DNA of 55,013 nt, counting the filler, from Basidiobolus ranarum (lineage: Eukaryota): the NCBI GenBank assembly GCA_040143965.1. It is 2 parts of 2 records of this genome, joined end to end, with 100 filler letters (N's around TTAATTAATTAA, not from the genome) between each part and the next. Parts side by side here need not be neighbours in the genome. Positions count along the whole stretch, not along the records: positions 1 to 27,537 come from JASJQH010006997.1; positions 27,638 to 55,013 come from JASJQH010006998.1. The stretch is one strand, 5' to 3'. The notes under the pieces are model-generated. The model ran no database searches and was not told the DNA's origin. It was given only the letters and a program-made list of their open reading frames with translations. This document shows positions 25,638 to 39,345 of the stretch, piece after piece; the stretch's first letter is position 1; each line of letters starts with the position of its first letter. The translations under genes and the position numbers were made by a program.

Positions 25638-27212
25638 ATGAATTCCTCCAAGTGAGTACTTGGGTTGCATTGCCCTCCATATATTTGAGAACCGTTTTTC
25701 ACATCTCTACAATAACTTTGGACTTACTAATGTTATCCATTTGTAGTTACGTAGTGTTGCAAGACAGTGAGAACGAAGATCTCCAGCGAGAAATACGACG
25801 GGTAAGCCACCTTTGAATCACTGTGTACTGCATAGGCTTTAACTACGTTGAGCAGAACCACTTCCTAAGCAATTTATTCCGAGGAATTGGCTTGGTGTTT
25901 GTTGCGCTTTTTCTCACTCAACTTTATCATTGGCTGTTCACTAACGCCCATAAAGAAGAAAGTGTAAGTCAGCAGCACTTTCAAAAAGCCAATCTAACCC
26001 TCTCAGCGTATAAAAGATTGAGCAATGTAGAGCAGCATAGACTGTACCTGATGTCCTCGTCATATTCTCAGAACAAACTACTTCATTCTATTGTGGAGGA
26101 TGCGAATGAGTGTATCCAGCGAAATGAAACTTACTCAGTGATTAATAAGTTTAATTTACCCCCATCTGGTGATATACACGATTATCTTTCTCTAGCACCT
26201 TATTTCTGGCCAGACAAGCACTCGGAAGACGGACTACCCTACACAAGGGAAGATGGGAGAGTAAATCCAGATATTGAAGAGGTGCCAGATTACCAAATGG
26301 CCCGTAGATTATTCAGTGATCTAAATACTTTGGGAAGCGCGTATTTTTTCACAGGAAATGAAACATACTCGGAACGCGGATTGCATTTAATAAATATCTG
26401 GTTTGTTAACAAAGAAACAGCAATGAACCCAAGTTTGAAATACGGATCCTTGATTACCGGAAAGGCCTTTGGTAGACATACAGGGATACTGGATTTCTAT
26501 CCGATATATAAGTAAAGTTCTGTACATATCCCTGCAAATTATTCCCATACTAACTGTACGAAGGCTACTAGATGCAGTCAAGATATTCCGAGATTCACGA
26601 TCATGGTTAGATCAGCCAAGCGTAGGCAAAGGACTTAGACGTTGGATTAAGCGCTATCAGAAATGGTTGTTAAACTCCAGTCAAGGGCGGAAGGCACGCA
26701 AATCATCCAACAACCATGGCACATACTATGATTTCCAGTTGATTAAAATTTCCGAATTCCTTCATGATTATGACAAGATTGACAAAATTCTGACAAGATG
26801 GGAGAACCGGGTCCAGGAGCAAATAGATTCTTTAGGACGGCAAGTTTTTGAAATGAAGCGCAGAAATTCGTGGCATTACTCCGTCTTTAACTTGAAGGGG
26901 GAATTCAAATTACTAAGCTATTCTAGGAGAAGTTCATTCACAAATTTGAAAGTCGAGACGAAGTTAAAGTCAGCTTTGGATTACTTATCAAGTCACGCCT
27001 CCAAGGATAGTTGGCCTATAAAGGATCTTAGTGACTTTAATAAGAGACAACTTATCGAATTACTGGAGATGGGCTTCTTCTTATTTAATGATGAGAGATA
27101 CTTAAACCAATCAATCCAGTTCCAAGCCACTTCTGAGGAACATTTAAGGAGAAAAACGTTGGACTTCTGTCATTTGTCGTTGGTTCTTAACGGAAATATA
27201 TGGTTGTGCTGA
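25638..27212 (+). CDS. Alginate_lyase (PF05426)-type polysaccharide lyase, PL38-like, with N-terminal membrane anchor; ~457 aa (exons 25638-25651, 25747-25801, 25856-26511, 26564-27212)
   Basis: Motifs HDYLSLAPYFWPD..DGLPYTREDGRVNPD, WFVNKETAMNPSL, NNHGTYYD and EMKRRNSWHYSVFNL. Intron 26512-26563 (GTAAAG...ACTAAC...AAG) joins the two ORF-track pieces in frame. Hydrophobic segment GIGLVFVALFLTQLYHWLF near the N-terminus. The 5' exons are less certain. Confidence 0.85.
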
Positions 27213-27537
27213 TTGTATTTTCTCCTTTAATTATTTAAGCAAACGGTATACACATATATACTTCACATTAGAATACTACTAAATGACTCATAAGGAACAC
27301 GCCCCAAATTAGGGATACAACATGTACCAGATAATAAAGTGAACCTCAGAAGGGAAGGCACAACCACATTATGAATTAGATTTGATTTCTAGTGGTAGGT
27401 AGAATGGAGGATAACAGAGAACGATTCTCAGGGTCACCCATCAAGCCTACTACTGCGTTTCTAGATGTAAGAATTCAGTAACGTTGTAAAGCAATGATAT
27501 CATCGAAAAAATACATACATAGTAGCGGCATTGATTC

Positions 27538-27637
27538 NNNNNNNNNNNNNNNNNNNNNNNNNNNNNNNNNNNNNNNNNNNNTTAATTAATTAANNNNNNN
27601 NNNNNNNNNNNNNNNNNNNNNNNNNNNNNNNNNNNNN
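27538..27637. other. Artificial contig-joining spacer (44 N + TTAATTAATTAA + 44 N)
   Basis: Exactly 100 nt and symmetric; the central 12-mer is palindromic and places stop codons in all six frames. Confidence 0.95.
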
Positions 27638-28724
27638 TCTAAGTTGGTGTCAATATTCTAAGTAAATTCCGATTGAAAATAATTGATAATATCTTAGTGA
27701 ATTATAAGATAACTAAGTACTAAGCTATATATGACTATATAGGTGTTTAGGCAATGCTAATTTCAACAATGTCAGCTTCCACTACCAATATCTCATAATC
27801 TATAGTGTATATTTAGTATGCAATAACTGAAAATAAAACTTTGTAGTCTTAGGGTAGTGTTCATAGTGTAAATTCAAACTAGATGAATGGGCGGTTTTGG
27901 TTGATATAAGCATCGCCTAAACACCTATATAGTCATATAAAGCTTAGTATTTAGTTATCTTATATTGAACTAAGTTATCCCTCATTATTCTTATAAGGAA
28001 ATCACTTAGAAGTTCTCAGATATATCTATTTTTTAAACCTGTGTGAGAAGCCCCAAGCTTTGCACACATGTTTCTAGGACCTTCCTTAACACATTCTACA
28101 TGTTAGCCTCTTTACATCTTGACAAAAATATAAATGTCAACCTTTTACTCAATATATCAATAAGTTAAAACCACCAATTTCTCTATTTCTCCAAACCACT
28201 TCCAACAGGACCCCAAAATTCTTTAATGGCAACAACCCTTATAGCCACAAATTTCTGTGGATAGTCTCTGGAGAAAAAGTGCAACTACTTGATCATATAT
28301 AAAGGTAGGCACTACAACACTTGTGATATACATGATGCTATATTGAAAACATAGAAATTCTTTAGCTGTGTAGGAGCTATATAATGAAAGTTTAGCTTGG
28401 TCCAATTGTTAAAGTATTTGGGAGCTGTAAGAAGTCATTTGGAGAACTAGAAGAATGGGTGGTTGCCACTTAAAGATATATTGAGTGTAAGTTGACATTT
28501 ATACTTTTGTCAAGAGGTAAGAAAGGCAATATGGTAAATATGTTTAAGAATGTCCCAGGAACATGTGCCCAAGGTTTGGGGTCTCTGACACAAGTTTGAG
28601 AACTTCTAAGTCGGTCACAGTATTGTAAGTAAATTCTTCATGTAGATATTGAATGACAATATAGTGAACCTTAGGGAGCTAACTATATGACTATATAGAT
28701 GCTTAAGCTATGTCTTTTTCAGCA
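27638..28724. repeat. Three alternately oriented copies of the same repeat unit as 6805-7711 (27638-27768 truncated, ~27900-28220 inverted, ~28411-28724)
   Basis: Shared blocks aagttggtgtcaatattctaagt, tatatgactatatag(g/a)tg(t/c)tta, tttgcacacatgtt / ggaacatgtg, cttgacaaaa and gaactagaagaat recur in alternating orientation. Confidence 0.85.
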
Positions 28725-29307
28725 ACAATGAATATAATATCTCTGTATTCTATGTGCTTTACCATTAAAGTATTCAATTCTATTAGTTTCTTCATGTTTA
28801 TAAGAATCAATAATTCTGCCACCTTCAATACATAAAAAATTGGGTAGCAAAAGAGTACATAAAGATTGTTCAAATAAGTGACAGATTCAAGTCTATGAAC
28901 GTCATGGTAGTAGATTGAACCATACCCAGAAATACAGCCATCTCTGGGTATTCTCCATTGTAGGAGAGGGTGTTTTTCAAGCCTGAATCAGAGTATACAC
29001 TGATTAAGAGTGGTTAATTTATTCTCTAGTGTAAAAAAGCACCACGATACTCGACATGATCGGATTTAGGTATATTTTCAAGCATCCTATCCTGACTAAT
29101 GACAATAAACTCTACTTATGCTTGATTAACCCAAAAACCACTTCGCACCAATCAATGAACATCAAGCATCATTTAATCCAAGTCCAAAAGGCGACTCATC
29201 TTTTTGATGAGGTGGTCTATATTTGTCTATTGATAAAGTTATCTCCAAATTGTCGTAGTGCAAGCGTATTTTATAACTGTCTAGATAGAATACGTTTTGT
29301 TGGAAAT

Positions 29308-30326
29308 ATGAAAGTTGCCTTCACTTTAGTATTTTCCTTCCTATGTGCTGGACTGACGGTCAGCGGTGAAACTCTTCAGGTACTTGATATAACTTCTAGT
29401 CAAAATTTTTCCTTCATTTCTCTTATCAATTGAGTAAAATAAAAATATCCAGATCCCTCTAAAACCATCTTCATCTCACTCGTACAGGAGCAAAAACTCG
29501 AAATTTGGCATAAAGTGGAAAAGCAAGACGAATATCTGAAACGTGGAGAGATCATATATACCTTGAACCCTCAAACAGTTGAATATGTGGAAGATGCCAG
29601 TTCTTTCCAATTGCAACCCTCGGGCAATAGCCTATATAATGTTAAAGTGAACTCTGTGAGTGATGGCTCAAATTCCATAGCCCTCTCCTCTGCTAAGTGG
29701 GTAAGATGAAGAACAACGTATTATTAGTATCTCCGGTATATTAACGAGTAGCATGTTCTCTCTCGCTTCGTATCATAGTGTATGTTAAAGTCCTCCCAAT
29801 TTAGTGACAAGTTTACTTTACATTTTGACAAAGAAGGTAATATAGTTCAACCGAGAAATGGACACTAACGAACTCCTAACAACTAAAACTGACTTCTCTC
29901 TATCAAAAGGAAACTTCTTCCATATCGATTACCATCCTGGTGCTCATAGTTGTGTAGAGGATAGTCAGGTATTATGGATATACGTCTCATGATATTCTCA
30001 ATATCCAAACTTAATTTGTTTGCACTAGGTCTCTGAAGTCAAATTCAACACTAGTATTGAGTTGGTGAAGCCATATTACGAACTAAGGTACAATTTCCGT
30101 ACCTCTTCTCCATTGAATAGTAGTCCTGGCTAACTTTCTGCTGTTTCATTATTAAACTAGGCCCAAACTTCAACGTATTACAGAAGAAGAGTTGAAGAAA
30201 AAGGAAAACTCCGAGTACTCCAACTTCTTCACTAAATATTGGTACATTATTCTCCCTATCGTTCTAGTGTTATTGGTTGGTGGTGGAGACCCTCCTAAAG
30301 AAGGAGAAGGGGATGGTGGGCGTTGA
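29308..30326 (+). CDS. EMC10: ER membrane protein complex subunit 10, multi-exon
   Basis: Spliced product: signal peptide MKVAFTLVFSFLCAGLTVSG, IWHK...YLKRGEI, CMLKSSQFSDKFTLHFDKEG, and C-terminal FFTKYWYIILPIVLVLLVGGG, the typical EMC10 KYW-TM-GGG tail. Confidence 0.85.
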
Positions 30327-31351
30327 CATCTTACCAAATGCATGCCAATCCTTCTAGCTCTACATTTCTATGCTTGTTCTCAATCAGTACACCAAATACA
30401 TCCCAGATTTTATTCAAATGCTCTTAGAGCGGTGTTTATGTATTAAATTACAATATATCCCGTATGAGAAATAAACCAACGTTGTAATTGACACAGCACA
30501 TTCTTATCTGGCATTTCACAAGAACGCCGAATACTGAACAAATCGATGAATGAGATTTGGCGCAAGTAGGAGATATCCATCGGAAGCACAGATGATTTTG
30601 TCAAAGCTATTTAAGGATAATTCTATTTATACACATCTGCAGAAATAGATGTGATGTGATTTTAGTAACTATGGGAGTTGTTGGCATGCTAAAATATAGG
30701 GCGAAAGCTGCAGGATAGTGAATGCCATACATGCTATTGGAGCAACATTCAGCTTCATTAGTTATGGCCCCTTAAGCGCCGATATTTGAACAACTGCTTA
30801 GACATAGTAATTGTGATATCATGGAAGTTGAGAAACTAAAGCCAAGGTGTTTCATCGCTTTATCGCCTTATATCTCTAAAGTACTACATTGATTTGAAAT
30901 GAATATTTGCTGACAACTGTTCCCCGAGATACAGGTTGAAGCTTAAACGATGAACCGGATAGTTTGGAGTCAAACGCTCTCAGAGATTTTTGTGTGGTAC
31001 TTCTAGGCTCCTGCTCCTACGTCCTCTCAGTGTTGGGAACAGTTCACTGTAAATCCTAACTAGTGTTTTGGTGTTATTTAAGAATTCTCAGTTTCATATT
31101 GGTTTGTATAAATGATATTGATTAAGATGGTGATAGAATATCAGGTGCAAAGAAATATCTTGGCATGCTGTGCCAAAACCAAATTATTTACTAATCGGCA
31201 TCCTGAATGTTATTATAAGTGCAAATAAATCAATCTGTGTTTACTATAATATACAAATTTCTTAATAGGCTGGATTGGCATCTACATAAATGACCTGACC
31301 TGACACTAAAAGTTAAAAACTCACTCCTAAACCGGCTCTAGCTATACCAGC

Positions 31352-33944
31352 ATGTCTGCCACTTACGATTCTCCATATTCCCAAGATGATAGTAATTACC
31401 ATGAGGGAATAGCCTCAGATTCAGAGCATAGTCAGGAATTTCAACATCATCCAATAGAAAGAGACAATTACCACCATGATACCACGGGTGAAGAAACCCT
31501 TGATGACCTTGTAGAAGCACTCGCTAATTTGGATGTATTTACTTTCAGTTCATACGAACTTATCAATATTTCTTGTACTATTACTAAAGAAAACCTACTC
31601 ACTCAAAATACAGTGCGGGCTACCCGTTTTGTTGGACAAAACAAAGTTATGCATGCTTTCCTACAAGGTAGTAGCTAAAAAGGTTGTCCTGGTTCAGGCA
31701 TAATTCTTAATCAACTCATTATTTCTCTCTAGGATCTCGTGCTTTTCTTAAAAAAACGCGCTTTACTTGAGGAAGAATATGGAAAGGGAATGATGAAACT
31801 ATCTCAACAAATTGCCAAATCAGCTGAAAAGAGTGACATCAAATCTGGGTAAGAACTTAGGGAGCGTTTGTTTTGTATCTATTTTGTACTTTTCTGTTCA
31901 ACATATTCAATATATTTGAAGAACCTTTGGGGAAAGCTGGGGAAGCTTTATTCGCTACCATGAGGCTATTGGAGATAATAGATTAAAGTTCTCTTCGACC
32001 ATAAATGAAGTTAGTGATAATCTATCCGCCGCTTACAAGGAACACGAAAAATCCCGGAGACAGGTAGGTTTCTAGATTCCATTCTTCTCAGTTTTAAAAT
32101 GGGAAATATTAACTAGGCTATCTAGCTTAAAGAGAACGGATTAAAACTTCAGAAACACTTACATGAGACTGAATCCAACCTGGATAAGGTATAACTTTAC
32201 TGGTTTCTCGGATTCACATTGCCCTCTTCAATATTCTAAACCAACCTCTCCTATTAAAGGCGAAGATCAAGTATGCATTGCAAAGCGAGGAATGGGAGCA
32301 CGCAATTCTTAAGAAGGGCAGTGATAGCATTAGACAAAAGGGAAGCTCAATTACGAAGTCTGTCGCAAAACCTATGAATATCTTCAAGCAAAACAAGTCC
32401 TCTGATCAGGTCGGTCAACATTCAGTTCTATTCAGTATCTTTTTTCTTTACTAATAACCTCCATGTTGATTCAGGCGGAAGAGGATGCTCGCCAGAAAGC
32501 CAATTCTTCTAAAGATAATTACAAATCTCAACTGGCTTATACGAACAAAACCAGACAGGAGTATCACACTGTCGAATTACCCCGAATTCTCAAAGTAAAT
32601 TTGTACAGCAAAGCAATTGTCTTTATCTCCACTGACTTCCTTCATTTATCCCAACCACTAGTCTCTTAAAGATATCGCATACGAAGCCGTCATCTCCATT
32701 CAGTATCACCTAGCCAAATATGCTTTTCACTTCGAGTCTACAATTCTTGAGGACGGAGTGATCATCGCCCCTCTCAACGAAGGTAAAGAAAATTCTTAAA
32801 GCAATGTTGACTTCCACTTCTTACACTATTGCGTCTCCACTAGATGGAGGTAGAGTGCCGGATCTTAGGTCTCTGGTGGATAGAATCGATAGCGAGGCTG
32901 ATCTCAAACAGTACATCCATAAGCGTAGTACGAGTGCCAACCGAGTGGAGAAGAATGAGATACCCTATAACGAATATGCATTGGTACGTGTATCTCATGT
33001 TGAATCATATTGAAAACTATTCACTCAACTTCCATCATGTTCAATCACTCGCCAGTCTGCCGCCGCCAACTCTATCATCAATCCAAGAAACATCTTTGGT
33101 GTAGATCTAGCATATCAACTGGATCGTGACCATGAACCTCTACCACCTATATTAGTAAAGTGTGCAGAGGCTATCGAGCATTTCGGTTGGTACTTTTTGG
33201 ATCACTTACTGCTAAATTCCTCTAATATATCCTGATATCTTACAGGTATCAACAGTACCGGAATCTACCGTATATCGGGAACAATCATTCAGATTCAAAA
33301 GTTCCGAACTCTTTTCAATCGAGGTTCCTATTCATTTGATTCTCTAGTGATATCCATTTCGCTAACTAGTTGCTTATGATGTTTAGATAGTAGTCAGGTA
33401 GACCTTACTAGTGAGGAAAAAATCGGAGATATCAATAATATAACTGGTGTTTTAAAGTTGTTCTTCCGTGAACTTCGTGAACCTCTATACACCGCTGCAT
33501 TGTCCAACGATTTTATCAATGCTGCCAGTAAGTAAATGTTTCTTCATTCCCCTCAACTTGATACTAAATGTTGTGATGTCTAGTGGTTCTTGATGAGATG
33601 CAATGTCTATCAACTATGAGTCAATTAATGAGCTATCTTCCTCCGGCCAACTATCGCACGATGAGATATTTATTTGCGCATCTTCTAAGGTAGTTGATTC
33701 GTATATTGATACACTCCTTGTCAACAGCAATCTCACATCTAATTAATTATCAATGACTAGAATACAATCCAACCAAGCACGAAATATGATGAGTATTCAG
33801 AATTTGGCCATCGTATTCGGACCTACTCTCTTGGCCAATCGTCAAGACAAAGATATCAATGTTGATATGAGCTACCAAAGCAAGGTGGTGGAAGTTATGC
33901 TTGAAAACTTCAAATATCTATTCGCACGTGATCCAGACCAGTAA
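31352..33944 (+). CDS. F-BAR (FCH) + RhoGAP domain protein (Rgd1/Rga7-like), many short introns
   Basis: FCH motif FLKKRALLEEEYGKGM; RhoGAP motifs FGVDL, LPPILVKCAEAIEHFG, GIYRISG (arginine finger), DINNITGVLKLFFRELREPL and NMMSIQNLAIVFGPTL. Confidence 0.9.
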
Positions 33945-34603
33945 ATTCGGGAATAAACATGAACATATTGATATTCCTTGGCTGTTAATTAGTAATCCTT
34001 GGAGTATGTGTAACGAGTGACATGATGGTTATCTAATCTTACGTACTTGTACTTTCACCGCTCACTTGTAGTTATATATATAAAGGATGTTGAATATGAC
34101 CTGACCTTCGACAATACTTTCTACCATTGGAAAATAATCGAAAGTGAAAGAAAGATGTAGCACAGCCAGTTGGTGTATATCAAACTTGATTGATATAACT
34201 ACACACTTGAGAAATCCAAAGATATTTAGCAAATTAGGAGACTATCGATAGGATTCAATGATTATCAAACGTGGTAGTATGTGATTTGATTAAACTACTA
34301 GGTGGAATCTCCCACCCATCCAAATAGAATTCACATCTAGTAAATCCTGAATGATCGTGTGTTTTGGACCCATGGAAAGGGTGGCAATATTACTAAGTAA
34401 ATGTAAATATTACAGCATATTTCACTAGCAATTCAATACTAATCCAAAAGATTATGCTTAAGAAGTAATTTTTAATCAGTTGATATGGATACTCTAGAAA
34501 GAGAATAAGGAAACACAATGCAGGGAATTTCGTAGTATTGCTGGGAAATGGTAGTGAAAAAGAGGGGAAACGTTGGTTAATGTTTAAAATAAATTGTACG
34601 AAA

Positions 34604-36276
34604 TTACAAAAGCATCTTCAAAGGATTTTCAAGGTATTCCTTGAAAGCCTTCAACCATTGAGCTCCAACAGCACCATCAACAACACGATGATCACAAGAC
34701 AAAGTAACATTCATAACATTACCAACAGCAAATCCGGATTCTTTGCTGGAATCAGGAATGATCTTCTTTTGTGTGGCTCCGACAGCAAGAATGCATGATT
34801 GAGGTGGGTTAATGATGGCGGTGAAGGAGTTGATACCGAACATACCCAAGTTGGAGATGGTGAAGCTGCCACCTTGGTATTCTTGAGGTTTCAATTCGTT
34901 GTTTCTAGCCTTGTTTACAAGTTCCTTAACGGTTTTAGAGATAGAAGCCAAGCCTCTGGCATCAGCGTTTTGAACAATGGGGGTGATCAAACCGGAAGGA
35001 GTGGCAGTAGCAATGGAGATATCAGCAGCCTTAAATTGTCTAATGAAATCACCATACCAAGCACTATTAACTTCAGGGATATCCTTAAGGGCACAAGCAG
35101 AAGCCTTAACAACAAAGTCGTTGACAGATAGCTTATATTGGTCATTTGCCTGCTTGTTGAGGACCTCGCGCAATTTAAGAACCTTATCCATGTTGACTTC
35201 ATTGGACAAGTAGTAGTGAGGGATAGTTTGCTTGGATTCGGTTAGTCTAGCAGCAATAACCTTTCTCATGTTACTAACAGGAATATCAGTGTAGTTTCCA
35301 GAGGAGACTTCAGGAGTGGCGGCTTGCACAACGGGAGATGGAACAAATCCTTCAATATCAGCCTTAACAATTCTTCCATTGGGACCAGTACCCTTTACTT
35401 GAGATAACTCAATTCCTCCTTCCTTGGCTAATTTTTTGGCCAAAGGACTGGCGAAAATGCGGTCACCAGATGGGGCGGAAGTGGTAGGAGCAGAGGTGGA
35501 GGAAGGAGCGGGCTTTTCTTGGGCCTTAGGCTCTTCTGGCTTGGATTCAGCAACAGGGGCAGGGGCAGCAGCAGCAGCAGAACATTCCTCAAGAACGTAG
35601 TCCTTGAATTTTTCAACATCTTCTTTGTTTTCAACCATGATGGCAATTGGGGTGTTGATGGAAACATCCTTGGCACCACTGTCAATGAAAATCTTGGCTA
35701 AGAAACCTTCATCTTGGCATTCAAAGTCCATTTGAGCCTTATCAGTTTCGATTTCAACCAAGACATCACCGGGGACGATTTCGTCACCGATTTGCTTACG
35801 CCAAGTACCAATGTTGCCAGAGGTCATAGTAGGAGAAAGAGCAGGCATGTTAATCTTGGTATGAGCAGGAAGAGCTATAGTAAGTAACTGAAGTTAGCGA
35901 GGAGATAGGGAGGAAAGAAAAGATGAAAAACAATTACCATCTGAGCTATAAGCGCGAACCAAGACAGAGCGAATGGAGGAAGGAACGGCTGAACGCAAGA
36001 GATGAACAGTTTGTCTAAAAGTTGGCAGATGTGAGTAAGATGTTGTTTGTATGAAAGAGTAGTGCTTTTGAACTCAGAGGTATTTGAGTATATTGTAGAG
36101 GTCATAGCTTCTTTCTACTGAAATAGTAAGAAAAGTACTTACGTGGCGGTAGACAAATGTCTGGCAGATTTAATTACAGCTCTAGTGGCATGAATAGCAG
36201 GGACGGCACGGGCAACGTTCAGACCGCTTCTGGGACAAGCTCTTAACAAAACGGGAACTCTTTTAATAGCAGACAT
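34604..36276 (-). CDS. LAT1: Pyruvate dehydrogenase E2, dihydrolipoamide acetyltransferase, mitochondrial, ~493 aa (exons 36143-36276, 35938-36014, 34604-35874)
   Basis: Arg-rich, acid-poor presequence (MSAIKRVPVLLRAC...); single lipoyl domain MPALSPTM...ETDKA; subunit-binding domain ASPLAKKLA..GTGPNGRI; catalytic DHRVVDG. Confidence 0.96.
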
Positions 36277-39200
36277 GGTGTGGGGAAGGTACGAAAGGAA
36301 AAAGCAAAGCTATTAAAACTATAACACCGCCAGGTTTGTAACAAAATGTAATTTTTTTTTACCGATATTTATAAGATCCAATTGTTGGATACACTAGATT
36401 AATTTAAGCTACTCTATATCCGCAAATCTACGCCCCACTTTTGGGAGAAATCTGCTTACGGAAAGTGCCGGGGCATTTAATGTTACCATCACCAACATGG
36501 TGATGTGGCTCGAATTTGAACCTCCTCACCTTGTTGCTGACATTTCATGATGCTAGAAGAGGGCCCTTGCTTCCTCCAAGCAATGAATGCCAGATGCTGT
36601 ACTTTCAATACGAGCAGCGTGTGCCTGAACTTTGTTAGCTACTTTTTGAATTGGCGATGTTGATCATGATATTGAAGATCCAGATGGCCACGATATACTG
36701 AAGGATCCTACCTTTGACTGCTTTTGGATATAGTCCTGTGCCACGAACTACATCGCTTTAACGAGGGCTCAGCTGAGCCTTTGATACTGGAATTATAGAA
36801 AACTGGGCTTAAGAGCCTCTCCATCATTATTAGTGAGTATTCCAGGGATGCGGAGCTCAGCTGCCGAAGCTTTGCTTCGCTTCATGAGGTCCAGTCTTCC
36901 CAGTTCTGCGATCTGATGTGGTTCAGTCAGGTTAAAAAACCATGGTGACGGATTTGATTTGCCACTAATTGCCACTCAACAGCCATCCAATCAAAACTCC
37001 GTCGAGCGGTAATTACCCCATTTGTGTGGCGTACGTCCTCTCCCTAGTATCTCCGTAGTGGGGAAGATAATCAGAACTTACCCCGCTTTTCTTTCATCTA
37101 CCTGGACTAATGATTGCGATGATTTCTTTGTACAAGATGCCAGTGAAATCTACATCCATCTCGTCTCTGTACACCTTGATATTAAGCTGAAGGGATTAGA
37201 TTGATAATCGATTTACGCAGCCTACTAGAAAGCGACTTGAAAATACCGTTGATCCTCACATCCTTGTTCTCATGTACTATTATCGGATAGTTGTGAGATT
37301 GGGAATATTTTACTTGGATTTACTGGGGAACCCAATCAATCTGGGCAAATGGAATATCCATGATTTGATTAGCCATGCTGAGACTGCTATGATTTTCCGA
37401 AATCCCTCCAATAATCTGGTGAAATAAATACACGATAGGAAGCTCATACAAATGAGGATTATCGGGCATGAATCTTGTGACACCAACACATATTGCCTAT
37501 TGGAAATTATTTAGATGCATGAGCTATCTGATGAAAGTCTGATCATTCGCCAACCTAGAAGAATGGCCTAATTTTCAGCAAGTGTGATTTTTCCAACTGC
37601 AAAGCAAGTGGTTGTAGTCTGATCTCCGATAAACCCTGGACAGAGCTCTGGATGAGGATTCAAGTTGGAATCGAGCGAATCAGCAATTAGCAAATAGATC
37701 TCTTCTGTGTTTTGCTCTGCTTGGCGCTTGTATGTTTAAAATATTTAATCAAGCAATCCAAACTGGCGATTGCTGCTATATGTAGTATCATTGATGTTGA
37801 GGTTAACAAATTTGTATATATAAAGAACACAGGGAAGCACTACTTGGTATATAAGCAAAATGGCTTAATTATATTCCATCTATTTTAGTGTGCACATCTT
37901 CAGAAGGAATGAAGGAAGCCAAATATCAGGATGTATTCTGGAGATAAGCTGCCTTAAAAGAATCCTCAACAATACAAAATCAGATTTCCATGTGTATTTT
38001 AAGTATATTTGAGTAGTCAAGCTACAATTCCAGTGCAATCATAGAAACCCAGTATATATTTACCTTTCGATTTATAAGCATACTCAATTTTGGTTGAGTA
38101 ATCTCAACACTACCAAACCAGTTGAGTTAGAATGCTACCTTCAATTACATTCAAGATTCTACTGATCTAAGGTTTATACAAAATCACTGTCAACGCGCCA
38201 GAAATTGCAAAAAAACATTCTGATCATGTGATCCACCTCTTGTTGGCATCACAGTACACATGAGCTTTTAACAGATAGATAAAGGTAGAGAGTTCGACAG
38301 ACTCGAAATATCTGGGTTGATCGATGTTTGAATCCAGAATGAATTGATCGATAATGCCCATAACATCATTTATGGTTATTAGAATAGCAATCCAGTTTAT
38401 ACAATAAATGTGGTAAGTGTGAGGTGATTATCTCTGTCGTTAGCAAAGAGGTTCAATGAGTAAATTGCCCTGATCAAGCCCTACAAATCAATGAAGATTT
38501 GTAAATATTACTGGATGTATAGTCAGAATGCAAGAATATACGTGATGTAAACATAAGGACAGAGAGTGACTTTATTGATCTACAAATAAACATAGCAGGG
38601 GCCATATAGTAATATGACTTAGTTGGAAGAGCTGAATTTTTATTTGCACCATGCAGTGGGATTCGCTAAGGAAATGATAATCAATGTATACAGTTGAGGT
38701 GCATCATTTGTATATTAGGCAAGTCTAAATTGTGGCTACCCATCCGAGATGCGAACATACACAATATGTATTACTCCTTAGTAAGCTCTGGCTAACATAA
38801 CCTTAAATAGCCACCTGTCACTATTAGGAAACTGTGGAAGGGTTACCAAATACAATAAGGGCGTGGCTCATCCTTTGTGTAATTATAATGAAACGAGTCT
38901 TCGGAATTGGAATATGCTATATTCTTGGTGTTATGTCCAAGATTAGACCTATTATGACATCTTTAATTCATATCCACACAAAACCCAAATGAAACTGGGT
39001 CATTACTGAATTTCAAAATAGGAGGTAAAGTCACATTCTTGTATGATAATAATAAATCTTCAATACGTATCTACCACAATTGAAGAGCCAGGAAACACGT
39101 ATTTTTGCCATATGATTGTATCACTTAGACCACATCATTAGATGATATTTATTGTACTAAAATACATATAAAATGCGTTCTCTCTAACCGGTAACAAACA

Positions 39201-39345
39201 AAAAAGAAAGACATGAAAAAATGAAGTAACTGATACTATTTAACTTCAGAAGTTCCCAGAGAATGAATACTCTTTAGAATAGATCATTTACTATATAGCG
39301 AATAGAATCGAAATTCGTTCTACTGTAAAGTATGCTGAAGTTTCT

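Noticed and set aside
27582-27593. Palindromic TTAATTAATTAA within the N run
   Set aside because: Six-frame-stop linker used to concatenate contigs; not biological. Adjacency across it should not be interpreted.
36015-36142. Longer first intron of the E2 gene as a possible snoRNA host
   Set aside because: No convincing box C (RUGAUGA) paired with a terminal box D, and no clear H/ACA structure.
36495-36560. tRNA-like GGTTCAAAT...CACCA on the minus strand
   Set aside because: No T-stem pairing, acceptor stem or D-arm.
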